Source: a virus
IMG/VR virus record: IMGVR_UViG_3300045977_000336
Location: 14,419-78,418 of that record
Direction: 5' to 3' (one strand)
Length of the DNA: 64,000 nt
The stretch's first letter is position 1; the number at the start of each line of letters is the position of its first letter. Position numbers and translations under genes: made by a program. The notes below the pieces were generated by a model, which saw only the letters and a program-made list of their open reading frames with translations, ran no database searches and was not told the origin of the DNA. Shown here piece by piece: positions 29,113 through 38,486 of the stretch.

Positions 29113-29129
29113 CATGAGCGGTTCACAAT
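29094..29129. other. Candidate attP of the serine integrase
   Basis: ATTGTGAATCACTC-TTACACAT-GAGCGGTTCACAAT (arms 12/14 symmetric) centred on CA at 29111-29112, 23 bp from the integrase stop. Confidence 0.6.
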
Positions 29130-29152
29130 GTCCGATACAGCGGGCCATTCTA

Positions 29153-30676
29153 TCACCGCCCCAGGTTATGCCGGATGGGAATGACCTTGGACCGCCCAAA
29201 GATCGTCTCGATCACAATGCCCCGCCGGCCGTCGCTCCGCGCCTTCAGCACCACCCGCACCCGCAGCGCCTCCAGCACCTTCTGCCGCACCACCTCGTCG
29301 GGATCGTCCAGCATCTCGCGCAGCTGCTCGGCATTTTCGCTCACCGTCACCCGGGCTTGTTCGTCCAGCGCCGCGTCGCGCTGATCGGCCTGCTCCCCTG
29401 CCCGTTCGGCTTCCAGCGCCTTGATGTCGCGCGATAAGGTCCGGATCTTATCGGCGGCGACCGTCGCCAGTGTCTCGTCGTCGGAGAAGTCGTCCATCAG
29501 CACAGCGATGCGTTTCTTGAGACGCTCGATCTGGCGCTCGATTTCTTCCGCGTGCGCTGGGGGCTGGCGCGTCTTGCGCTTTTGCTGTGCCTGATGAGTC
29601 CCCTGCTCTAGTCGCTCGGGCGTCAGCTGCTCGCGCAGGTGATCCCACACCACCGACTCGATCGACGACCGGTACACCTTGCCGAAACCGCAGCGGCCAA
29701 CCACCGTAGCATGGCCCGCAGCCTGCCCTCTCTTTTCGGGGGTACCGGCCACCGGCGCATTCTGCGACGTGCAGCGATACAGGATCCCGCTCTCGCCGAA
29801 CATCTTGCGGCCGCAGGCGCACAGCAGCCGGTTCGACAACGCATACTCATGTTTCCGATTGCGCCGCGCGAATTCCTTATTCTGCGCTTTGAGGCGCTGG
29901 GCCAGGTCAAACTGCCTGCGCTCGATGACGGCCAGCTCCGGCAGCGGAATCAGAATGCCGGCGTATTCGATCTCGCCGATGTAGGCGCGCGTGCTCAGGA
30001 TGCGCTTGACGGTGCTCCACCACCACACCCCGCCCGTCGGCGACGGTACGCGCTCCCGGTTCAGTGCTTCGGCGATGGCGCGGATGCCCAAGCGCTTCTG
30101 TGTGTAATCATTGAAGATGCGCTGCACGACCTTCAAGACCGCCGGTACTTTCACCAGCCGTGACTCACCTTTGAGTCCCTCTTTGCGATAACCATACGGC
30201 GCATGGCCCCCGCCTGGCCACTTCCCCGCCCGCGCCTTGCCACGCCGCCCGGCGATCGAGCCGCGCACCAGGATGTCGATCTGGTATTGGCTGAACGCGC
30301 CTTCGACGTTACTGGACAGGTTCGCTTCCGGCGTGTCTTCGATCAGACCGCGCGTGGTCGTGTACAGTTGCAACTTGAGCCGCTTGATCTCACTGCGCAG
30401 CGCCAGCTGCACCTCCAGCCCGCGCGAGAGCCGATCCATGACGAACACGACCACGGCCCTAATCCGGCCCTGCTCGGCCAGGGCCCGCATCGTTCGCACG
30501 TCCTTGCGATCGGCCGTGAATCCCGTCTTCGCCTCGGTGACGAATTCGACGATGCGGATCTGGTGCGTATCCGCAAAATTCTGGATGGCGCGCTTCTGCT
30601 CGGGGACCGAATACCCCTGCCGTTCCTGTCTTTTGCTGGAGACCCGGATCATGCCGAGCGCGGGAATCAACGCCAT
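29153..30676 (-). CDS. int: Large serine recombinase (phage integrase)
   Basis: IRVSS catalytic Ser, DRLSR, PYGY recombinase domain, CACG/YRC zinc ribbon, coiled coil. Confidence 0.95.
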   Translation of the reverse strand: MALIPALGMIRVSSKRQERQGYSVPEQKRAIQNFADTHQIRIVEFVTEAKTGFTADRKDVRTMRALAEQGRIRAVVVFVMDRLSRGLEVQLALRSEIKRLKLQLYTTTRGLIEDTPEANLSSNVEGAFSQYQIDILVRGSIAGRRGKARAGKWPGGGHAPYGYRKEGLKGESRLVKVPAVLKVVQRIFNDYTQKRLGIRAIAEALNRERVPSPTGGVWWWSTVKRILSTRAYIGEIEYAGILIPLPELAVIERRQFDLAQRLKAQNKEFARRNRKHEYALSNRLLCACGRKMFGESGILYRCTSQNAPVAGTPEKRGQAAGHATVVGRCGFGKVYRSSIESVVWDHLREQLTPERLEQGTHQAQQKRKTRQPPAHAEEIERQIERLKKRIAVLMDDFSDDETLATVAADKIRTLSRDIKALEAERAGEQADQRDAALDEQARVTVSENAEQLREMLDDPDEVVRQKVLEALRVRVVLKARSDGRRGIVIETIFGRSKVIPIRHNLGR

Positions 30677-30747
30677 CGCGTTAATCCTTTCCTTTCACAA
30701 CGCACATTGACTTTCAGGCTGAACTTGCATTAGAATTTATCTGCCCG

Positions 30748-30954
30748 TTATTCATCGTCCGCCTGCGACGATTGCCCTTGAGCGGGATCAGGACTATACC
30801 CGCCTTGTTCGCTAGTCGCATCTCGATCGTGAGACATGTTCGTCCAGTGTTCAGAGGAATGGGACTCGATAGCGCGCGTGAGTGAGAACAAGGGCGGCGG
30901 AGGCGGCTGCGGCGGAACGACTTCAGGTTCAGGTGGTTTTTCATCGTCGGTCAT
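30748..30954 (-). CDS. Small low-complexity hypothetical protein
   Basis: 68 aa with GAGG RBS; Pro/acidic. Confidence 0.35.
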   Translation of the reverse strand: MTDDEKPPEPEVVPPQPPPPPLFSLTRAIESHSSEHWTNMSHDRDATSEQGGYSPDPAQGQSSQADDE

Positions 30955-30975
30955 GCAAACCTCATAAGGAGCCGG

Positions 30976-31464
30976 ATGGATAACATTGACGGTCTTAAGG
31001 TCGGTGTCGAAGAGATGAATCGCAATCTCAAATTGCAGTATGAAGGCATTGATTCGCTCAAGGCGACGGCGCGTTCCGTGCTTTCAGCAGCCAGCCTGAT
31101 CACAGGCCTGATGTCGCTGCTCCAACTGGCCCGGCCGACGATTCAACCTGACTACGTCGCCTTGTTCAACCTGGGCATCGTCCTCACCCTCATACTGTAC
31201 GTACTGTTAATTGGCGCCTGTCTGGCCGCGATTTCAGCCCTGACGCTGAAAGCGCCCGTCGCCGCCGATTGGGTCGTGATTCAAAGATTCTTCGGCGGTA
31301 AGACCGGTACTGAGCTTATGAACCTGCAAATCTCCGCCCTGCTCCACGCCATCACCACCAACGAGCCGATAATTGCGCGTCAGCGCCGCCTGGTGATCAT
31401 CGCCTGTATTCTGCTGCCGATCATTGTTGTGATCCTGCTAGGGCTTAGCCTCATTCCACGGTAG
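30976..31464 (+). CDS. Three-TM membrane protein (moron-like, opposite strand)
   Basis: AAGGAG RBS; three hydrophobic segments. Confidence 0.7.
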   Translation: MDNIDGLKVGVEEMNRNLKLQYEGIDSLKATARSVLSAASLITGLMSLLQLARPTIQPDYVALFNLGIVLTLILYVLLIGACLAAISALTLKAPVAADWVVIQRFFGGKTGTELMNLQISALLHAITTNEPIIARQRRLVIIACILLPIIVVILLGLSLIPR

Positions 31465-31583
31465 TCAGCAGTTCGCTCCATCTCGACCTTAGCCATGGCC
31501 CGCACGCGCGGCCCCTTAATTCCAGGGAAAAAGTAGAAGTCGATGATTTCAATGTTTCGGATTGCGCTCATCGTTTTGTACCC

Positions 31584-32198
31584 TCAATCACTCAACCAGG
31601 TCCAGGTCCCGCAGTCTTCCGTCTCAAATTGAAAATCGCTGGCCAGCAGATAAGCCGTGCCCCCACCCGCGCCAAAATGATTGTCGATAATGTCGCCCGT
31701 CATGGTCGAGCGTTCCCAATAACAATTGTCGGTGGTGCCGTCGTTACGCCAGAGGCCGGGCGCCATATCGACCCCGACGATATAGAAGCCGTCGCCGTGC
31801 GGCAGTTTCATCTCGGCCTCCACCATCGCTTCGGCGGTGGCCCGGATGCTGGTCGCCTTGGCCCTGGCCGTGGCCGTGGCCTGCGCGATCGCAGCCTGGG
31901 CGGTGCTCGTGACTTGTGCCGGCGGCAGCGTCGGCGTGGCCGTGAATTTTGGCGTCGGCGTCGGCCTCGGTGTCACCTCGACGATGCGTGTCACCTCGGC
32001 CAGGACGGTCACCTCAATGGCGATCGTCGGAGCGGGGGTGTAGGTCGGCGGCGGCGTATAGGTCGGATAAGGCGTCGCCTCCTTGGCCAGCGCGGTGACT
32101 TGAGCGACGACAGTGGATTGAATCTGTTCAGGTGAAACACTGGGAGCACATCCGACGATAAGGACAACGACGAAGATCGCAATCAGCCACTGCTTCAC
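31584..32198 (-). CDS. Lipoprotein A (PT linker plus DG..VG.D.APG...CYW..CGTW domain)
   Basis: Lipobox IVGC; disulfide-containing secreted domain. Confidence 0.8.
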   Translation of the reverse strand: MKQWLIAIFVVVLIVGCAPSVSPEQIQSTVVAQVTALAKEATPYPTYTPPPTYTPAPTIAIEVTVLAEVTRIVEVTPRPTPTPKFTATPTLPPAQVTSTAQAAIAQATATARAKATSIRATAEAMVEAEMKLPHGDGFYIVGVDMAPGLWRNDGTTDNCYWERSTMTGDIIDNHFGAGGGTAYLLASDFQFETEDCGTWTWLSD

Positions 32199-32237
32199 GT
32201 CTTCCTTTCTTTCTCCCCCGCGTTAAGATCGTTTCGG

Positions 32238-32840
32238 TTAAGGCGTGATCAGCAGACGTGTGACGAACTGCTCGTCTGTCAGTCGCCCTGCGCTGAAATC
32301 AACCAAATCCTGCCAGGTTCCCGCCACGGTCTGCTTTGGATTCAGTTTCGCATCGCGCATGATGATATTGAACGCAAATAGATCCGGCTCCAGCGCAGGC
32401 TTCTGGCTAAGAAAGCCGGCCAGCAGCCCCACCACCGACCCCGCCGCATTCGCGTCATATACCTCGCCAGTATGTTTAGCCTCCACGTGCAAAATGGTCC
32501 GTGGTCCCTTGGCGCCGTCTTCATAGCGCACGTCGATGATGGCGATCGAGGTCTCATCCAGTTTGGCGAGTAAGGCCGTCAGGCTCTTCAGCAGCTGCGC
32601 CTCGTCGAGCATCTTCGGCGCTTTCGGCGTGGCCGTGGCGCGTGGCGTCGCTGTGGCGGCGCTAGTCGCCGTGGGGGCCGCCGTCGGCGTCGCGCTGGGG
32701 CGTGGGACATCCGTTGGCGTCGTCTGTGCTGTCACTGGCGCAACGACAGTGGATTGAATTTGTTCAGGTGAAACACTGGGAGCACAGCCAACTATGAGTG
32801 CGAGGCAGACTACCACCGGGCACAGCGTCAAGCGCTTCAT
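32238..32840 (-). CDS. Lipoprotein B (PT linker plus an unrelated alpha/beta domain)
   Basis: Lipobox IVGC; shares IVGCAPSVSPEQIQSTVVA with lipoprotein A. Confidence 0.8.
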   Translation of the reverse strand: MKRLTLCPVVVCLALIVGCAPSVSPEQIQSTVVAPVTAQTTPTDVPRPSATPTAAPTATSAATATPRATATPKAPKMLDEAQLLKSLTALLAKLDETSIAIIDVRYEDGAKGPRTILHVEAKHTGEVYDANAAGSVVGLLAGFLSQKPALEPDLFAFNIIMRDAKLNPKQTVAGTWQDLVDFSAGRLTDEQFVTRLLITP

Positions 32841-32869
32841 GCGTTGCCATCTTTCTCCCCCGCGCTGAA

Positions 32870-32950
32870 TGTTTGCCCGTGTCCAGTGTTTGCCCGTGTC
32901 CGGTGTTTCCGTGGAAACACCGGCGGGCCACTAGGTGCCGCGGAAACACT
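32870..32950. promoter_or_regulatory. parS-like cluster (full site 32904-32919, partial site 32933-32948, two TGTTTGCCCGTGTCC boxes)
   Basis: Directly visible; inverted homolog at 28914-28969. Confidence 0.7.
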
Positions 32951-33128
32951 ACGCGGACGCCCTAATCCCCATTATCGTCAGTTGATCTTTGGGCGGCGGA
33001 TTCGTCCGCTCGTCCCTGGACACCCGCCGTGGCCGGAACAGCCAACGCCAAAACACCCTCCAACCGACGTAGACCTGTTGAGCGAAACCGAGCTTGGATA
33101 GCATGGCTTTGAATTCGTGGTCGCTCAT
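32949..33128 (-). CDS. 59-aa peptide, paralog of 33208..33420
   Basis: MSDHEFKAMLSKLGFAQQVYVGWRVFWRWLFR...; AGGAG RBS; not in the track. Confidence 0.7.
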   Translation of the reverse strand: MSDHEFKAMLSKLGFAQQVYVGWRVFWRWLFRPRRVSRDERTNPPPKDQLTIMGIRASA

Positions 33129-33207
33129 GTTTTGGACTCCTACGGGCGCAGCTTTCCGCTGGGCCCTCTCTCCATCACGGCGCCCAGCCTCTTCCCCTGC
33201 CCGTATC

Positions 33208-33420
33208 CTACCCTAACAAGTGCATCACCACATACTGTTCGCTGATACTCCAGGACCGCCGATGTATTTGCTGTGGCAGTCGCCGCGTCAACTGACGCGT
33301 CAACTGACGCGTCAGCCCCTTTTGCCGGAAAAGCCAACGCCACCACACCGTCCCCCAGACCGTGATCTGTTGGACGGTCGTGAGTGCCGCCAGCATGGTT
33401 TTGAACTCGTCGTTATTCAT
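33208..33420 (-). CDS. 70-aa peptide coupled to the repressor gene
   Basis: MNNDEFKTMLAALTTVQQITVWGTVWWRWLFR...; ATGA overlap with the repressor stop. Confidence 0.7.
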   Translation of the reverse strand: MNNDEFKTMLAALTTVQQITVWGTVWWRWLFRQKGLTRQLTRQLTRRLPQQIHRRSWSISEQYVVMHLLG

Positions 33421-33791
33421 GACTTTGACTCACTACGGCGCGGCTTCTTCCGCTGGGTCCGCTCCCACTTACTACGCACCATCGCCCGGAAGTCTTCCTG
33501 ATCTTCCTCGGAGAGATCGTTCAGCATGGAGGCCGTGGATTCGACGATCGGGTTGTACTTTGGAGTTTCCGATGAAGCGGCCAGGCCTGCGATTTCTAAG
33601 ACCTGGATGTCGGTCATTCCAAATGCCCGTGCAATTCCTCGGCAGAATTCCACGCCGGGATTACGCTCACGACTTAACACCTTACTCAGGTGGCCCGTGT
33701 GAAGATTAGCCAAGCGCGCCAAGTCTGCCTGACGCAAACCACGCGCATCCATTTCGCTTTGGAGCCAGTCGGCAAAATCCGTTTTTGTCAT
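33417..33791 (-). CDS. XRE-family HTH immunity repressor (no peptidase domain)
   Basis: GLRQADLARLANLHTGHLSKVLSRERNPG; divergent from the early operon. Confidence 0.88.
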   Translation of the reverse strand: MTKTDFADWLQSEMDARGLRQADLARLANLHTGHLSKVLSRERNPGVEFCRGIARAFGMTDIQVLEIAGLAASSETPKYNPIVESTASMLNDLSEEDQEDFRAMVRSKWERTQRKKPRRSESKS

Positions 33792-33799
33792 TTGGGTTT

Positions 33800-33891
33800 A
33801 TTTACTCACATTTGGCACACACAGTGGCGAGTAAAAATTGCCTATTGACAAGTCAAGAAAAGGCTATATACTATTGTCATCAGCGAGTAAA
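33800..33891 (+). promoter_or_regulatory. Divergent switch region: early promoter and putative operators
   Basis: TTGACA(33845)-N16-TATACT; GAGTAAA/TTTACTC occurs three times. Confidence 0.65.
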
Positions 33892-33908
33892 TGGAGTCAA
33901 GAGACAAC

Positions 33909-34199
33909 ATGCCAACCAAAGCCGCCTATTCCCTGAAAGCCGAGACCGTCAAAATCATCAAAGAGATTGCCGACAAGACGTATCGTTCGCAAAGTGCCGT
34001 GGTCGATATGGCCATCGCCTTGCTGGCCGAGAAAGTTCTGGCCGAAGACGGCGCCGTCGATCTCCCCACCCCGCCCCCGGCCGCGCCCGCGGCGCGCGCA
34101 CCTCGCAAGTCACCCAAGTCTTCGTCAAAAAAAGCACTCCGCGCGATCCCCGGCGTGCAGCGCGGGCTTAAGCAGCAAACCCTCTTGGAGGCCGCATGA
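33909..34199 (+). CDS. Cro-position regulator, ribbon-helix-helix-like
   Basis: KAAYSLKAETVKIIKEIADKTYRSQSAVVDMAI. Confidence 0.6.
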   Translation: MPTKAAYSLKAETVKIIKEIADKTYRSQSAVVDMAIALLAEKVLAEDGAVDLPTPPPAAPAARAPRKSPKSSSKKALRAIPGVQRGLKQQTLLEAA

Positions 34200-34437
34200 C
34201 ACATACCACCCGTACGGGCAGACCCACGTGTCTGCCTCTGACCTCCGACCAACTCGACGCCATGACGGAGTTGTGCGAACAACTGCTCGCCTATTTTCCG
34301 ACCTGGCAGGCCAAGCGCGCCGCGCAGAGCGCCGCCGCTGTGCCGCAACGCGCTTCAGCACACGCCAAGCGCACTCGGCGCGCGGCTGCCACATCCCGGC
34401 CGCAGAATCGTATCCGCCGAGAACAGGCTATCACACG

Positions 34438-34755
34438 ATGAATGCCTTGACGCTATCTGCACTCTTTCTGGCGGTCATCTGGGGCGCTATCTACGCCGCC
34501 TTCTTGCAGTTCACCACGCTGGGCCGCTGGATGTGCAATCGGCGCACCTACATAACCGTCATCGTCGGCATCGGCATCGATTTCGCCATCATGTTGCTGG
34601 TCATTCCCGTAGAGTACGTCTTAACCGCTTTCGTGGTCGTTGGGCTGTCCGCCGTCGGCATCGTTATCCGCTCGATCTTGAACGAACTCTCAGAGCATCG
34701 AGAACTGGAGAGCATCAATGCCTCGCCTGCCCACGAACGCGATCAACGGTATTGA
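34438..34755 (+). CDS. Three-TM membrane protein
   Basis: MNALTLSALFLAVIWGAIYAAFLQ... Confidence 0.65.
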   Translation: MNALTLSALFLAVIWGAIYAAFLQFTTLGRWMCNRRTYITVIVGIGIDFAIMLLVIPVEYVLTAFVVVGLSAVGIVIRSILNELSEHRELESINASPAHERDQRY

Positions 34756-34945
34756 GGACATCATGTGCCTGTGCCGCAAGGCACGTCGTGAATGGCAGGA
34801 TGCAATGGATCGAGCGCTCAAGACCAATGACGTGATTGAACAGGCCAGGCTGGGGTTGCTGCGCGATACCCTGGCCGAGATCGAGCGCAAAGCCCGCGAT
34901 GCGCGTTCGAACAGATATGAAGATGAATCGGCGTTAGCGGGATAA
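34718..34945 (+). CDS. Small helical hypothetical protein
   Basis: GGAG RBS; 75 aa. Confidence 0.55.
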   Translation: MPRLPTNAINGIEDIMCLCRKARREWQDAMDRALKTNDVIEQARLGLLRDTLAEIERKARDARSNRYEDESALAG

Positions 34946-35047
34946 AAAAACAGCCGATTGGCTGCAACCCAATCGGCAAGGCAAGGTCAGGTGGACGAGC
35001 GTCCACCATCACTTGCAAGTGTAGCAGAAAGTGAAGGCAAGGTCAAT

Positions 35048-35512
35048 ATGCAAAAAAATACCCGTCGAACCTGCTGTGTCAAAGGGTGCCCCAACACCCC
35101 GCTCAAAGGCCGCAAGACCTGTGGCCGCCACGGCAAGCGATCATCAACCGCTACCCATCGCTCACGCTTCCTCCACCTCAATTGTTCCATCCCCCTCTAC
35201 CGGATGGACATGCCGGACGCCGCCGCTGCTCAACCGCTCAGCGATCTTCCAGCCGATCGGCCCTACAGCCGTGACGTCACCGTCCGCGCGAACTCCCGCC
35301 AGTTAGTCGCCATCGTCGGCCTGCCCACCAGCCGCGAGAACATGATCGCCTTTCTCGAAGACTGGCTGGCTCGCCCCGGCCACACCCTGGCCGACCTCGA
35401 ACGCCTCACCCCCGCGCAGCTGCTCCCCTCGCCGCAAATGGCCAACGCCTACTGCGACGCCGCCCGCCAATTGGTCCTGGCCGACCTTTCGCAGAACGGA
35501 GGTGCGGAATGA
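35048..35512 (+). CDS. Hypothetical protein with an N-terminal Cys/His finger
   Basis: CCVKGC...CGRH. Confidence 0.55.
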   Translation: MQKNTRRTCCVKGCPNTPLKGRKTCGRHGKRSSTATHRSRFLHLNCSIPLYRMDMPDAAAAQPLSDLPADRPYSRDVTVRANSRQLVAIVGLPTSRENMIAFLEDWLARPGHTLADLERLTPAQLLPSPQMANAYCDAARQLVLADLSQNGGAE

Positions 35513-35988
35513 CCGATCAGACTCGCACCCTCCCGCAAATAGCATGGCCCGCAGTACCGGCCACCGCCGAACTGGATGCGCTGAAAGCCGCTGCCGATGA
35601 GAAGCACGCGGCCTTCAAGCAACGCGGCCAGGTCCCGATCGAGGCGTACACCCGCTCGGGCTACGTCGCCTACTTCGACCACGCCGGCGCGCGCTACTCC
35701 CTCAGCACCTTCCTGTGCAACTGCGCGGAGCTCTCAATCACCTTGTCATCCGACAATACCCCGCGCGAATACCTCAACGCCACCTACACCTGCGCCACCC
35801 ATGGCGCTCACCAATCCACCGCCATCCGCTGCGCCGCGCCCAGCGTGACGCACACGGACAGCGCCGCGTTTGCCTGGGTCGAACAGCGCCACCGCCGCGA
35901 CCGCCGCGTTCAGTGGGGCATGGCTAGACACTCTCTCCCTTCCACCTTTGGGGGAGGGGCTGGGGGTGAGGGAGGGGGCCAATCATGA
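35509..35988 (+). CDS. Hypothetical protein
   Basis: GGAGG RBS; ATGA coupling at both ends. Confidence 0.6.
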   Translation: MTDQTRTLPQIAWPAVPATAELDALKAAADEKHAAFKQRGQVPIEAYTRSGYVAYFDHAGARYSLSTFLCNCAELSITLSSDNTPREYLNATYTCATHGAHQSTAIRCAAPSVTHTDSAAFAWVEQRHRRDRRVQWGMARHSLPSTFGGGAGGEGGGQS

Positions 35989-36740
35989 ACGCCAACTGGT
36001 CAGACTACGAACGATTCCTCAAACCCATCCACCTCAAAGGCGGCGAGCGCACCCTGACCATCACGCGCATCAGCGAAGAGGACACCCACCCGCGTCCCGG
36101 CGAGACAGTCAAGTCGCCCGTCCTGTGGTTCCGTGAACTGCCCTTCGGCCTCATCCTCTCATCCACCAACCGGCAGACTCTCATCGCGCTCTACGGTGAC
36201 GAAATCGGGCAATGCATCGGCAAGCCCATCACGGTTCTTGCCGTGGACGTCAAAGTCGGCGGCAAGCCCAAACAGCCGATCCGCATTCAAAAGAAGCGCC
36301 CTAACGCCCCGCACGTCGAACCATCCACCGGCGAGATCGTCCCCCCTCTCCCTGTTGGGAGACGAGACAGTCCCCATCTTTTGGTGGGAGGGGAAGCCGC
36401 AGGTGCCGATGCGGTTCCGGCAGTGGGTGAGGTTGAGGTCACTCCAGATCAACCCGCCGAGACGCCCACCAGCACACCTGCGCCGCTCAGCGAACTCGAC
36501 GCCCATTTCGGCACACCCAAAATCACCGCCACGGCTGAACCCAAACCGGAAATGACGCCGATCGAAATCCTGCCCTCGACTGAGGCTCAGTTTAGTGGCT
36601 GGCTCAAGCATCACGGCTGGAACGGCAAAGAGACGCATAACGTGCTCGGCACGGATGCCAAGACCTGGCTGCGCCAGAATTCCGGCAAAGGCTGGGCCGA
36701 CATCGCCCAGCTCGTCGCCGCCACACTGGGACAGCAGTAG
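35985..36740 (+). CDS. Phage protein, putative ssDNA-binding/recombination family
   Basis: FLKPIHL..TLTI..VLWF..LILSSTN..LYG..IGKPITV resembles a widespread phage replication-module family. Confidence 0.5.
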   Translation: MNANWSDYERFLKPIHLKGGERTLTITRISEEDTHPRPGETVKSPVLWFRELPFGLILSSTNRQTLIALYGDEIGQCIGKPITVLAVDVKVGGKPKQPIRIQKKRPNAPHVEPSTGEIVPPLPVGRRDSPHLLVGGEAAGADAVPAVGEVEVTPDQPAETPTSTPAPLSELDAHFGTPKITATAEPKPEMTPIEILPSTEAQFSGWLKHHGWNGKETHNVLGTDAKTWLRQNSGKGWADIAQLVAATLGQQ

Positions 36741-37272
36741 GAGATCCCGCATGGAATCTGCCATCCAGATCCAACATCGGCAATTCGTGGCCGACCTCAT
36801 CAAGTGCGCTCCGCACGGCGAGCGCGCCCGCGAACTGCGCGTCATGATCCGCCGCCTGGAAGCCGTCGCGCCGGAATTGGAACAGGAACGGATCGGCGCC
36901 ATGCAAGCGCACCTGGGCCGCGTGCCACCCAGCCTGCCCGCTGCGCTCGCCGGCTTGAGCGGATACCCCTACGACTCGGAGGCGCAATGAATGGGCGCAG
37001 TCTTGGCAGTGAGTATAGCGTGCCTTCTGGTGCTGTTGTTCCTGTCTTATCACTCCAGCCGGGAAGAGGCGTCTTGATGGTGCGCCTCAACGTCCACCGC
37101 AACACGTGGCACGTGCCCATCGAACTAGACCGCACCCTGTGCGGCGAGCAATTCATTCATGTCGAAGAAGTCGCAGTTGGCGCGCCATATATGGCGCCGC
37201 AGCCCTTCATGTGCGGCCAATGCCGCCGGCGTCTGTGCACTCACTCTAACTCTCACTCATCAGGAGGCTATC

Positions 37273-38475
37273 ATGAACATCATCGACGAACTATTCGAAC
37301 TTGGCTCAGCCGTCATCGACCACGAACGCGACGCCGCTGAGCAGGCGCGCGCCGATCAACGGGCGAAGGATGACGCGGAGTTTCGTCGCAAGGTGGACCT
37401 CATCGCCGACGCCACCGGCACCGACGCCGACACGCTGATCAACAGCCTTGGCCTGCGCTACACAAGACAATTCGACTATCCATTCCTGCTGACTTATCTG
37501 GGCCACACGGCCTCCATCCGGGTCGCTCCGCCGCGTGGCTTGGGCAACGGAACCAGCCCAGACGAGGTGGTCTTTGACAGCGACCACAAGGCCGCAACCC
37601 CTCGTGAATCACTCGCGAAATTCATAACGTGCGCCCGGACCAACTACTTGGCCAGGAAAGACAAGTTGGTGAAGCGGCTGCGCGCGGCTGAAGGGCTGGA
37701 AAGGTTCTCTTCCCTCCAGCGCGAAGAACCGGCGTGGCACGAGGCCGAAGTGCAGCGGGCCGCCATCGCGCATTTATTTTGTTTTGAACCGACCGCCGGT
37801 GCACCCAGCTGGCACATTGAACTCTGGCTGTCCAACGCCGCCATGTTCGACGCCGATCCTCTCAACGTGCTGAAACTCATTGTCCGGCAGCGCTATGAAA
37901 CCGATCAAAAGCGCGAGCACCTGCTGTCCTGCATTAATCGCCGCGCTGATCCGGGCACCGGGCACACGCTCGACCACGTGGACGATGAATACGATCGCTA
38001 TGCACGAGTGCCGCTCACGCGCGCCTCCCTCGACGTGCTGTGGTCCGCCGCGCAGGATGCCGGCCTGCCCGCTGACGGCGCCGTCGTGCGCGCCATGTCC
38101 GAATTGGAAGACGAACTCACCAATTGGCAGCACCGATGCGATCTAGAACAGCAGCGCGTCGAACTCCAGCAGGCCTCGTTCCGGCCGTTCCGCTACTACG
38201 AAATCCGCTATTCGCTGCTCGGCGATAGCGACGACGGCGAAGAGCGCGAGGTCGAATGGAACAACTTCGACGTCCTGCGCGAGCAGCCGGAAGCGGACGG
38301 CTTCTATCACACGCTCGGCGGCAAAGTCATCAAACCGCGCAGCATCTTCGCCGTGCTGCGTCACGAAGTCGCGACAGTGCAGGACTATACCGCCATGGGC
38401 TGGTCGAAGCGCTTCACACAGCCGACCGACTGTGGCGACATCCGCGTCGTGCCGGATGGAGCGGAGTTGATCTAA
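37273..38475 (+). CDS. Hypothetical protein
   Basis: AGGAGG RBS before MNIIDELFELG. Confidence 0.7.
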   Translation: MNIIDELFELGSAVIDHERDAAEQARADQRAKDDAEFRRKVDLIADATGTDADTLINSLGLRYTRQFDYPFLLTYLGHTASIRVAPPRGLGNGTSPDEVVFDSDHKAATPRESLAKFITCARTNYLARKDKLVKRLRAAEGLERFSSLQREEPAWHEAEVQRAAIAHLFCFEPTAGAPSWHIELWLSNAAMFDADPLNVLKLIVRQRYETDQKREHLLSCINRRADPGTGHTLDHVDDEYDRYARVPLTRASLDVLWSAAQDAGLPADGAVVRAMSELEDELTNWQHRCDLEQQRVELQQASFRPFRYYEIRYSLLGDSDDGEEREVEWNNFDVLREQPEADGFYHTLGGKVIKPRSIFAVLRHEVATVQDYTAMGWSKRFTQPTDCGDIRVVPDGAELI

Positions 38476-38486
38476 GGTGGATGTCA

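Noticed and set aside
31584-32840. Diversity-generating retroelement or shufflon explaining the lipoprotein repeats
   Set aside because: There is no reverse transcriptase, no adenine-specific TR/VR pair, and both genes are complete and co-oriented
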